Assembly (NCBI RefSeq): GCF_001194135.2
Contig: NC_068983.1
Location: 96,701,429-96,765,428, forward strand
Origin: Octopus bimaculoides
Lineage: Eukaryota
Direction: 5' to 3'
DNA: 64,000 nt
Numbering within the stretch: position 1 is the stretch's first letter; every line of letters starts with the position of its first letter. The notes below the pieces were generated by a model that saw only the letters and a program-made list of their open reading frames with translations, searched no databases and was not told where the DNA came from. A program made the translations under genes and the position numbers. Below, piece by piece: positions 23,497 to 34,567 of this stretch.

Positions 23497-24032
23497 ATGA
23501 TGCAGTACTAGACAGTGGTTCTCGTGGCTTTTGATCCTAACTGATTGGAAGTATTATCATGTACATTGTTTTGTCTTGGTATAAAGGATGGGCTACAACA
23601 AATATTCTGCTCAATACCACAGATTTGCTTGTCAGTTGCTTGACCTTAACCAGTTGAGCATGTCCCTTAATAGTTGATGATATGTGCATATCTGATCATG
23701 AGCAGAAGTAGTGAGGGTACCTCATAACGATATGGTGCGAGGAATTCTTTGGTGTTTGCATATTTCATCTCTGGAAACATTCGTGTTTTGTTTATCATTC
23801 TTAAACGAGCTTTATTCAGGAACCTTTTGAGCAGGATGAGCTACTCAACCTGAAGAAAATTCTAACTGGGTTCCACTTGTAAGGTCATGCGCTGTTTATC
23901 GTGATATGAGATCACCATGTCGCGCACATATGGTTGTTGTACATGTGCCTGGTGTATCCTTATCAGACGGGTAGTCATGACGGGTATATTTTACCCCAGT
24001 GTCACTTTGATGGCATGCACTACTCTCTCACA
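23497..24032. mobile_element. 'Element X': about 535-bp non-coding interspersed repeat flanked by TAA-type repeats on both sides
   Basis: Left flank GATAATAATCGTAATAAT; right flank (AAC)n(AAT)n; partial second copy at 15160-15330; no long ORF. Confidence 0.65.
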
Positions 24033-24090
24033 CAACAACAACAACAACAACAATGACAACAACAACAACAACAACAATAATAATAATAAT
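24033..24090. repeat. (AAC)n-(AAT)n compound microsatellite
   Basis: Read directly. Confidence 0.97.
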
Positions 24091-24303
24091 CCTTTCTACT
24101 ATAGGCACAAGACCTGAAATTGTGGTGGAGGGGAATAATCGATTACATCGACCCCAGAACTCAACTGGTACTTAATTTATCGACCCCGAAAAGATGAAAG
24201 TTAAAATAGACCTCAGTGGATTTTGAACTCATAACATAGAGACAAACGAAATGCCGCCAAGCATTTTGCCCGGCGTTCTAACGATTTTGTCCGATTGCTG
24301 CCC
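24088..24303 (-). mobile_element. SINE family A, full length
   Basis: AATCCTTTCTACTATAGGCACAAG...ATCGACCCCAG...GACCTCAGTGGATTTTGAACTC...CTAACGATTT...GCTGCCC, followed by TAATAA. Confidence 0.88.
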
Positions 24304-24310
24304 TAATAAA

Positions 24311-25266
24311 TTCCAAACTGGAAGAGCGCAGGGGTAGGTGGTGTCCAAGGTAATTGGATGAAGCTGAGAGGGCTCCACGAAAAGATAGCAGAGCAACTGG
24401 ACAAGTGCTTGCAGGAAGTCTCTATACTCTGCTGGATGACAAAAGGAGAGACATTGTTATGTGTCAAGGATCTTGAAAAGGGTAATATTGCATCCATCTT
24501 TCGACCAATAACGTGTCTTTTGCTCATGCCGAATCTGTTGTTAGATTTTGGCCGGTAATGGACACTTAGAAAAAAGTGGGCCGCTACCTACTGAACAGAA
24601 TGGTTGCCGGAAAAAGAACGGGAAAATGAAAGATCAGATGTTAATTGATAAAGTAATCATCAGAAACTGCAAGAGAAAGCACATGGATTGATTATCGTAA
24701 AGCATATGATATGATACCATACTCTTGGATAACAAGAACTAGGGGAATGTATGGAGTAGGAGAAAACATGAGACGCCTAATATGGAGCAGTATGACATGA
24801 TGGAGAATTGAATTGACAGCAGATAGTCAGGTATTTCGAGAAGTGATAATTAGGAAAGGAATCTTCCAGGGAGACAGTGTATCTCCACTGATCTTTGTGC
24901 AAAGAATGATTCACTTGAATGATATATTGCGGAAGACAAAGTTGAGATATGATCTAGAAAAGCTTAATCACCTGCTATTTATGAATGAATAGAAGTTTTT
25001 TCAAAAAAGTGAGACAGAACTGGACAGTCTAGTCCAGTCTGTGTGGATTTTTTTCTAATGATATCAAAATGGGGTTTGGACTTTCAAAATATGCTGCGAT
25101 AGTGGTGAGATGAAGAAAGTTTGTCAGAACAGAAGGTGTATGTACGCCAAGAGGTGAAATGACGAAGGCAATTGAACCTAAATCCGGAATTAAATACCTG
25201 GGAATACTCGAGACAGATGGAATTAAGCATAATGATATGAAAGAAAAGGCAAGGAAAGAGTATCTA
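24311..25266 (+). pseudogene. Dong/R4-clade reverse transcriptase fragment (pseudogenised)
   Basis: Translates PNWKSAGVGGVQGNWMK...WMTKGETLLCVKDLEKG...FRPITCL...EQNGCRK...[16 protein letters not shown]...DYRKAYDMIPYSWI...GIFQGDSVSPLIFV...LNHLLFMNE* (degenerate FMDD)...KYLGILE...KEKARKEYL; these are diagnostic R4/Dong RT motifs. Confidence 0.9.
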
Positions 25267-28200
25267 GATATCTAGCTCAACGACGCGCGGCTTCAGCTGC
25301 CCTTCTCCTCCTTTTGCTACCTTATAAAAAAGGAAATATACGCAATTGAAATAGTCTCTTAGAAAATATAGAAGTCCCAATTCATTCTGAACCCTAAAGA
25401 AACAATAACGTCGCAGTCAAATTTGGCAGCATTTGAACTTGGAAAATAACATACAGAGACTACATTAAATACTACATAACGTCGAATCTGGTTTTCTATC
25501 AGTTTTGCCTTTCCAGCACATTTAGTTAAAAAGCGAAACTTGCCATAGACAACCTCCTTTTGTTCCAATAGCTGTAAATGTAAAGTTGTCAGTGTAACGT
25601 GACTCTCATTCATGGTTCCATATGATAGTCACGTCATTCCATTGATATATACTGAACATGTTTGGACGACAACTGATTATAGAGCAGCAACTTGTTAATT
25701 CTTTTTCTTAATCTTGTCACCGACAATATCTTGTCACTAGCAATATGGTGACGAATTATAATTATTTTGTCATCTTATTGTTGTCATCTGCAGCCGTTAA
25801 ATAGATTGTTTGAGGAGGACAATTATAGTGTAAGTGATCAGCCTATTCTTATAGTTTGTAAACTACTTACATGGTTCGCAATAAAACTAGTGATTCTATG
25901 ACGTATACAATCTTTAACAACTCATGACACCTGTTATAACGTTACCATAGATACTAATTAGCTATTGTGACTGACATGACAGCTATCACATAGCGTAACC
26001 ATAGGTACTCTTTCGCAACTCGTGAAACCTGTCAGTGTTGCCATATACATCGTCTCTCATTTATGACTGACATTTGCTTACAATTATCCAGGGGTAATCA
26101 TGAATAGAATTTCAGATATGTAATGAATATTTACTGATATGTTTCATTTGAATTCTTGTTTAATATAAGAAAGATAGATTTGTTCATAGTCTCTGCAGTT
26201 TCACTCAGACTGAGGAAGTCGATGCACTTGATCAGGAAGAAAATCTGTTTTGATGAAAAAGAATTGGGGAAAGTTCTCTGTGTGTTGTTACTAGTGGAAT
26301 AAGAAAAGAATATATGGGTGCATTGATGGAGATTTGCTGATGATAGTAGACATGTTACTAGTTCGAAGGAGAAGAAGCAATTTAAGACTCAAGCATTTGT
26401 CTACTTTTCATAGCAACCAGACATTAATAAAGTGCCGAAACCGTATCACAAGACAAGGCTTATCTTTCTACTAAAGGTAATATTTTAACCAAATAAAACA
26501 TATTCGTAGAAAATAATCAGCAAAAATAACTTTCTGATTTCTTTTTACTCCTATCTACACTTACCTTGTGCGGAATTCTTTTCTGCTCTTGTCGTTTTCG
26601 CTGGGTCACCACTCACAAATCTCCTATTAAAGATTTCACTTCAACCTCCCTTCACATTCTACGCGAAATTCAAACAACTCGAGTGTGATATAAAAAGTCG
26701 TTAATATCAATTAACCGCCGTTATGGCTAAGTCCGAACCAAATTTGCACGAGATTTGTTGTTTCATTCGTCATTGTCCTTTTACCCTTGAACTCCTTCAT
26801 CGGCAACAAATACTCATTCTAATCACTTTCAAATCTTCCTGGCAAATTAACAACCATGATATATATAATTGGTCACACGTCTGGGGCGGTGTGACTTCAC
26901 CCCACCACCTAAACATACCTACAAGCACATAACGAAACATCCTTGAATGCAAAACACAACACTCTATTTGGCACACATGCAGGCTTCGTTGCATAGAATG
27001 AAGATATGGCTCTTTCTGATTGCCAATCCGTTCACCGGAGATTTTTTTGTCCACCGCCCCTACCCCACCCCACCCCGCATGTTTGGCGATACATACTCTT
27101 CTATTGATGTTTGCACTGTTTACTCTTTGAGTTTCTGGACACAGTTGTCATCAACATGTAACATAGATCCCTCACATCAAACAAACATATACCGTATCTA
27201 TAAGCAGATCCTGCGAACCGTCTTTCAGTGGAAATAAAAGAACATGATCGTATTCAACACGCCCAGCATTCAATTGCTACACATTTTAAGTAACAAAAAA
27301 ACGTCAAATGCCACCAGGTTAATCATGAACAAATTACAACCTTCAAAACCGCTAAAATTTCAACACTTTAAAGTTTTTTGATTTCTCATGGTGATAGATA
27401 TTACGTATATATCGGCACTAGAATTGTATCACATGCACAAGATTTTCATTCTGGAAGCTGTATTCCCGTTTTTCTTAGTACACACGCACGCACGCATGCA
27501 CGCACGCACGCGCACAGAAAGAGAGAGAAGGAGAGAGACATACACACAAACACACACACACACACATAAACAAACATACACACACACAAACACACATACA
27601 CACACCCACACATTTAAATTTTCCCACATGAGAATTTATCTCTGCGATAATATTACTCTAAGTATCAGTATATTGTTGATGATGGATCTGTAGATTAGGA
27701 CATTGTATTTCATGTTTTTCAATTTACAAGATTAAAATGGTTTTTCCTTCAGTGAAGCATCCAGTTCTTTTCTGTAGCTTGGCCATTTAATTTCAACTCC
27801 TTCAGCGATTATTTTATTCATACGTCTTGATTATTTTAGTTGGAAGTTTGGCCCTTCGTCATTCCTGGGTATTATTATTCACTTTCTCATATTTTATAGC
27901 GATTTGCCTTTTCCTACTTTTAGCGATGATTCACTGTTTCGAAACCATATGCCTGAGCCCAACGGTCTTAGCACAACGCCTTTTTTTCTTTCTGGGTTAC
28001 TTATAATTATTTCCTTTTATAATATCACGGAGAGATGATGTGGAGGAAATGGAGGCAAGTTACTTGACGGATTCTAATCCATTTCCACACAGCACAGAGA
28101 CTGAATTAGTGGTAGATCGAATTAATAGTGAGTTGTTTCCCTTCCCTCAGTAAACCTACTCTAAATATGACCAAAGCTGGATATTCGAAAAGATATATCA

Positions 28201-28379
28201 GTTACATTATGGATGGTTATTTCTTCTCAGAAATTTCCCGAAGTTCTTTTAACATTTTCTCTTGTGGCGTTCTGTTCACTATTTATGCACTTACCCCGAC
28301 AAAACTTACTTCTGTTATTATTGGTACCGACTTGTTTTAATTCTTATTTAAATCTAACTGTTTGTAAAATTGCTTAAGG

Positions 28380-28829
28380 CAGTGGTTCTCAACCGGGGTC
28401 CATGTGGCTCTATGAAGGTCCACATAACATTTTTTATATTGGGATTCATGCAATAAAGTAGTAAATTGGGGCTCCGGAAAAATGTTTGCTTTAGGTGCAT
28501 GTATTGGTATGAATTGAAAAAAACAAAACACAACAAAAAAAAAAAAACAGCGAGGTTTCTTTCTCTGACGTTTTAAATTGGGGATCCACAAAAGTATTTT
28601 AAGGACCCTTCAAAAAAATTTTGCTTCAGACGTATTGATTAGTACGTATTGTTAGAAGCAGCTAGGATTCTTTCTCTAGCGTTTTGTATAATTCAATCTA
28701 CACAAATCAATGTATGAAAAACAAAATTGGAATTTTGAAATAAATTTCTATATAACTAGTTTTTAAACATCGAATGGTAAAATAATATTTCAAAGGGGTC
28801 TATAGATAAAAAGTGGTTGAGAACTCCTG
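28380..28829 (+). mobile_element. hAT (Buster-type) MITE, full length, TSD GCTTAAGG/GCTTAAGA
   Basis: TIRs CAGTGGTTCTCAACC / GGTTGAGAACTCCTG; 8-bp TSD with a 7/8 match at 28372-28379 and 28830-28837. Confidence 0.9.
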
Positions 28830-29116
28830 GCTTAAGATCTGGGTCGAACTGCTTGCTTAGCTCAAAGCTTCACTGTCGCTTTCCATACTAATACGTTTTT
28901 TGAAATACGAAGACAATCTCTTATTCTGGGCAGTTCTTGATTTTGGGTGCCCTTGCTTACCTTTGTCTAATATTATATGTCTATGTGTAGTTTCCATTTC
29001 ATCTATTTTCGGTGATTGATCTATTTAAGGATTGAAATATTTTTATAATTTTATTTTTCAATTCTTCTTGGTATTTTTGTTTTCGACATTTGCTTGCTTG
29101 TTTTGATATACGCATT

Positions 29117-29222
29117 GAAGAAGAAGAAGAAGAAGAAGAAGAAGAAGAAGAAGAAGAAGAAGAAGAAGAAGAAGAAGAAGAAGAAGAAGAAGAAGAAGAA
29201 GAAGAAGAAGAAGAAGAAGAAG
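29117..29222. repeat. (GAA)n microsatellite (about 35 units, triplex-prone)
   Basis: Read directly. Confidence 0.98.
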
Positions 29223-29725
29223 CCATAGCTGTAGTAGTAATAGTAGAGGAGGAGAAGGAGGCGGAGGATAACGAAGAAGAAGGAGGAAGACGAGGATTAC
29301 ATCAACAATATTGAAAACAAAAATACTATAAATAACAAGAGCGACAATAACAACTAGAAGAACATGTACAACGCTGATGATAACCGTATCTACTGATGCG
29401 GCAATAATTTCTTATTGACATGAAAAACATGAAATAACACAAACACACAAATAAATACAATTCTAAAGTATGGAAATAATACTATAAAACAGATTTCTAC
29501 AGAACCATTATCAGAGTTAATCCTCTGACTTTGCTCCTACTGAACCCCGAAACTTGAAATGGTTCGAAACTACAACAAATTTTAATAAATCCCATTTGAA
29601 CACGAACTTTGTATGGCTGAATTCCTGACAATGATAGGGAGAGATTTAAATTTTAAAATCAGATTTAAGCTTGAAAAACAAAACAAAGAACAACAAATTC
29701 ATGCAAAAACAACTGCATGCAAGCA

Positions 29726-29761
<36 letters not shown>

Positions 29762-30713
29762 NNNNNNNNNNNNNNNNNNNNNNNNNNNNNNNNNNNNNNN
29801 NNNNNNNNNNNNNNNNNNNNNNNNNNNNNNNNNNNNNNNNNNNNNNNNNNNNNNNNNNNNNNNNNNNNNNNNNNNNNNNNNNNNNNNNNNNNNNNNNNNN
29901 NNNNNNNNNNNNNNNNNNNNNNNNNNNNNNNNNNNNNNNNNNNNNNNNNNNNNNNNNNNNNNNNNNNNNNNNNNNNNNNNNNNNNNNNNNNNNNNNNNNN
30001 NNNNNNNNNNNNNNNNNNNNNNNNNNNNNNNNNNNNNNNNNNNNNNNNNNNNNNNNNNNNNNNNNNNNNNNNNNNNNNNNNNNNNNNNNNNNNNNNNNNN
30101 NNNNNNNNNNNNNNNNNNNNNNNNNNNNNNNNNNNNNNNNNNNNNNNNNNNNNNNNNNNNNNNNNNNNNNNNNNNNNNNNNNNNNNNNNNNNNNNNNNNN
30201 NNNNNNNNNNNNNNNNNNNNNNNNNNNNNNNNNNNNNNNNNNNNNNNNNNNNNNNNNNNNNNNNNNNNNNNNNNNNNNNNNNNNNNNNNNNNNNNNNNNN
30301 NNNNNNNNNNNNNNNNNNNNNNNNNNNNNNNNNNNNNNNNNNNNNNNNNNNNNNNNNNNNNNNNNNNNNNNNNNNNNNNNNNNNNNNNNNNNNNNNNNNN
30401 NNNNNNNNNNNNNNNNNNNNNNNNNNNNNNNNNNNNNNNNNNNNNNNNNNNNNNNNNNNNNNNNNNNNNNNNNNNNNNNNNNNNNNNNNNNNNNNNNNNN
30501 NNNNNNNNNNNNNNNNNNNNNNNNNNNNNNNNNNNNNNNNNNNNNNNNNNNNNNNNNNNNNNNNNNNNNNNNNNNNNNNNNNNNNNNNNNNNNNNNNNNN
30601 NNNNNNNNNNNNNNNNNNNNNNNNNNNNNNNNNNNNNNNNNNNNNNNNNNNNNNNNNNNNNNNNNNNNNNNNNNNNNNNNNNNNNNATAAAATCTTGAAC
30701 TCAATGTTATATA

Positions 30714-31108
30714 TAACAAGAGCACTCAAAGAGCGCAAACCTCCGCCAAGGCAACAGCAAAGTCCTCTAAACGATTAGCCAACGATTAGCCAGAGATGAG
30801 AATATATGAAACAAACTCAACTGCTCTCACAAACGATAATACTTAAAATGAACCCGACTGCTCTCAAAAATTAAGTAAAGAAAAAACAAAAAAAAAACAG
30901 GAAAAATAATCCAGAATCCTTGTCCGGTACCGGATCGATCCTAAAATCTAATCAGTTTGTACCAATCACGAGGCCAAACATCTCTGAAAGTTTCATCCGA
31001 ATCCATTCAGCAGTACTTGAGATGTCTTGTCCTCAGACAAACGAACAAACAAACGAACAAACAAGACTGAAAACAATACCTCCGCCTTCGCTAAGGTGGA
31101 GGTAATAA
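30714..31108 (+). mobile_element. Non-autonomous Helentron-type element (HINE/DINE-1-like)
   Basis: Starts TAACAAGAGCACTC; 5' subterminal ACCTCCGCC (30739-30747) is inverted to GGTGGAGGT (31095-31103); 3' hairpin ACCTCCGCC-TTCGCTAA-GGTGGAGGT; CAAA-type microsatellite near the 3' end. Confidence 0.7.
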
Positions 31109-31761
31109 ATACTAGCATATTTATATGAGCAGATAAATACATTAATATATATACATACACACACACTCATATATGAACCATGAATGTATTAACTATATTA
31201 TACTCAACGTTATGTACTTCAAGTTTGCCCTTCATCATCTTGAATCCGGTTTGACCCCAGAGATCAGTCGCAAAAAAATAAATATGACAAGATTATTGGG
31301 ATGGACTCGAGAATGTCAAACTTTACTCCCTTGCAATGACACCTGAGTGCTATATCATTTTATGATGTGGAAATGTTTCCAACAGCATTGCCCGAATGAT
31401 AGTGGTATCAGCTTTGAAATTCATGCAATTCCGTCCTCTACAAAAGTCATGCATGCTTCACATCGCGACACTTAGAGAACTATTTCACTCCAACTGTCTC
31501 TGATACCTTTGACATCATTCTAAGACATATAAGAAAAGAAAAAAAGATCACATAACATTTTAACGGTTCCTGGATGAATATCTTTAGCAAATTCCCGAAA
31601 CACATACACCCAAATATATCTGTACAAAGAATACCTCTTTACTCAAATGGGCTACAGTCTTCAAAGAATGACTGTACTATAATATGAAACATCTATAAAT
31701 ATCTTTTCCAGATGGTGCTGTTATAGCGGAAACTTAACTAAGTATATAACTTATCTAAGTG

Positions 31762-31807
<46 letters not shown>

Positions 31808-31843
31808 TGTATGTATGTATGTATGTATGTATGTATGTATATA

Positions 31844-33117
31844 GAGGGGCTGGACAGAATAATGGAAACACCTAGCATCATAGCATCGTAATTTTGAAAT
31901 ATCTATAAAACCGTCAAAAGCTTATTTATTTTTATGTTATTTTGATTTATTATTAGTGTTGCTTAATATGTTTTGCTAAAAATTGCTGTTTCTTTTCAGA
32001 TATCATCAGAAAAAGGTAATTAAACTACATTAAAATGACAGATCTATCGGGCTTCCAAAGAGGTCAAATCGTTGGTGCTCGTATGGCCGGCGCTAGCGTA
32101 ACGAAAACAGCCGAAATGTTTCGTGTATCAAGAAATAATGTCTCGAAAATAAAGACAGAGTTTGGAAAAAAGAGGGAAAACCTCCTCGTCAAAACAAAAC
32201 TCAGGAAGAAAACCAAAACTTTCAGATAGGGACCATCGGACTCTTGCGCGAATTGTTAGAAAGGATCACAAAAGTACAGCTCCCAAAATTACTGCAGAGT
32301 TTAATGACCACCTCGAGAACCCAGTTTCCACAAAATCTGTTCGATGGGAGTTGCACAAAGCCGGATTTTACGGGAGGGCTGCAATTAGAAAACCACTACT
32401 TTAAAAAACAAACTTTGCAAAGCGTTTAGCATGGAGAAAAAACCTACATAATTGGTCCCTAGAGCAGTGGAAGAATGTTATTTTCTTGGATAAGTCATCC
32501 TTTACCTTATTTCCGACCACCGGCCGAGTATACGAGTGGAGACAACCAAAAGAAGCATTTGACCCAGACTGCTTTCTTCAAACTGTTAAACATGGAAGAG
32601 GATCTGTGATGATCTGGCGGGATATATCTTGGAAATCCAATGGCCCAATGGTTTCCCTACATGGCAGAATTAATAGTCAAGACTATTTAAGCATTTTATC
32701 TGATTACATTCATCCTATGTTTGCGGAACTGTTTCCGGAGGGAAACGGCATCTTTCAGGATGATAATGCATCAATTCACACAGCTGAAATGTTACTGAAA
32801 GGCACGAGGAACATTCTAGTGAAATTGAACATCTCATGTAGCCATCACAGTCCCCAGATCTCAATATTATTGAACATTTATAGTGCATTTTAGAAAAACA
32901 AGTAAGGAGTCGATATCCTCCACCATCATCACTACAAGAACTGGAGACTGTTTTAGCTGAAGAATGAACAAAATTCCTTTGGAAACAATTCAAACTTTGT
33001 ACGAGTCCATACCTCATAGAATTCAAGCTGTAATTACTACCAATGGTGGTCCTACCCCATATTAAAATGAATTTGTTTAAAATTTGAAGGTGTTTCTATT
33101 ATTTTGTCCAACCCCTG
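31844..33117 (+). mobile_element. Full-length Tc1-family transposon (1274 bp, about 29-bp TIRs, TA TSD) inserted in a (TATG)n microsatellite
   Basis: Left TIR GAGGGGCTGGACAGAATAATGGAAACACC and right TIR GGTGTTTCTATTATTTTGTCCAACCCCTG; TA at 31842-31843 and 33118-33119; (TATG)n continues on both sides. Confidence 0.95.
32035..33065 (+). pseudogene. Tc1 transposase pseudogene with DD36E spacing (Incomer-like)
   Basis: MTDLSGFQRGQIVGARMAGASVTKTAEMF...SGRKPKLSDRD...HKAGFYGRAAIRKPLL...VKHGRGSVMIW...FQDDNASIHTA...SPDLNIIE...GGPTPY*. At least two frameshifts and several stops. Restoring one deleted base near 32790 gives 36 residues between D and E. Confidence 0.92.
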
Positions 33118-33224
33118 TATATGTATGTATGTATGTATACGTTTTGTTTTTATGTTGAGTTACAATAAAAAAATATTTCCATTAGTATGATGGGTTACTA
33201 TATGCTTTTGTAGAGTACAAATTT

Positions 33225-33347
33225 ATTCTTAAACAAGAATATTATCAACAGTGACTTCAAAGTTTCAACTAGCAACGCCATCGTCCGAAATAGGCTTAGC
33301 TGGCCGAAACTTCGAAGTCACTGTCAACTTTATTCTTGTTTAAGTAT
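33225..33347. other. Palindromic fold-back element with degenerate minimal hammerhead-ribozyme motifs (Penelope-like-element derived, inferred)
   Basis: Arms CTTAAACAAGAAT...ACAGTGACTTCAAAGTTTC and GAAACTTCGAAGTCACTGTC...ATTCTTGTTTAAG. Minus strand reads CGGACGA-TGGC-GTTGCTA-GTT-GAAAC-TTTGAA-GTC; plus strand reads GGC-TTAGCTG-GCC-GAAAC-TTCGAA-GTC. Confidence 0.65.
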
Positions 33348-33348
33348 C

Positions 33349-33400
<52 letters not shown>

Positions 33401-34352
33401 TTAAGTGTATGTGTTTGTGTGTATAGACACACACACACACACACACATACTAATATGCAAATATCTTATCTCTTTAGCTAAATAGTTTTTTTTTCTCTTA
33501 TACCCATATATTCCTTAATGTGTGTGCCACATAGCTGATATTAAACTGCAGGTAATTTAGATATTTGATTTAAAGCCGTTTTCTGCCCCCGAGCTTTCAC
33601 TGTCATGGCACCGTTTTGTACCATGTCTTTAACCTTAGTTATCATTTGACTTCTTAAGCAATATTCATATTCTCTTTCATAACCTGGAGAGAACTTCTGT
33701 CTTATTTTTCCCTAAGGGTTCGTTGCATAAAACTACATTTTCACCCCTAACCAATGTGATTTTTAGATTTCAGGAATATCATGTCATCTTTTTTGTTCTT
33801 TATTCTATGATCAATACGATATACATTTTATCTCTCTGCTCGATCCCTGCCTCTTTCATTCAATAGTTTTTTTCTGCATAGCATATCAATACACAATATT
33901 TCCAACTAATACTCTATAAAATTTTTGTAAAACTATTTTTAAGTTACTGAATTATTTTTTCAAAACATATTACTCGCTCTATCGAAAGGTATACATCTCA
34001 TTCTATAGTTATACTGTACTTTACATAGCGTATAATTTTTTTTAATATTTAAGATCTCATACTTACTTCCTTCGGCCATTAAATAAATTGCATAATTTTT
34101 ATTTCACTATATATCTGTATTGTATAAATTTTATGCTGTGATCTACTTGTACTTTTATCATTTTTTCACTGGTTCACAACTGCAACTTCGTCAACCATCT
34201 GAGGTCTTATATTTCATTACACTGTGTAACACGATTTTTTTTTACCTTGGGTAACAACTGTTATTTTATCTTTGCTTATTGCTAGAAAGCATGAAAAATA
34301 GTTAATATTTCCTTCAAACTTTACTTTTGTTACGATATTTATCCAAACCTAA

Positions 34353-34567
34353 GGCGGCGAGCTGGCAGAAACGTTACCACGCCGGGCGAAATGCTTAGCC
34401 GTATTTCTTCTGCTTTTATGTTCTGAGTTCAAATTCCGCCGAGGTCGACTTTGCCTTTCATCCTTTCGGGGTCGATAGATTAAGTACCATTTGCGTGCTG
34501 GGGTCGATCTAATCGACTGACCCTCTCCCGCAAAATTTCGGCCTTTGTGCCTAGAATAGAAAAGGAT
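34353..34567 (+). mobile_element. SINE family A, most intact copy
   Basis: GGCGGCGAGCTGGCAGAAACGTTA (A box), GAGTTCAAATTCC (B box), central GACTTTGCCTTTCATCCTTTCGGGGTCGATAG, GTCGAT/ATCGAC hairpin, tail TAGAAAAGGAT. Confidence 0.92.
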
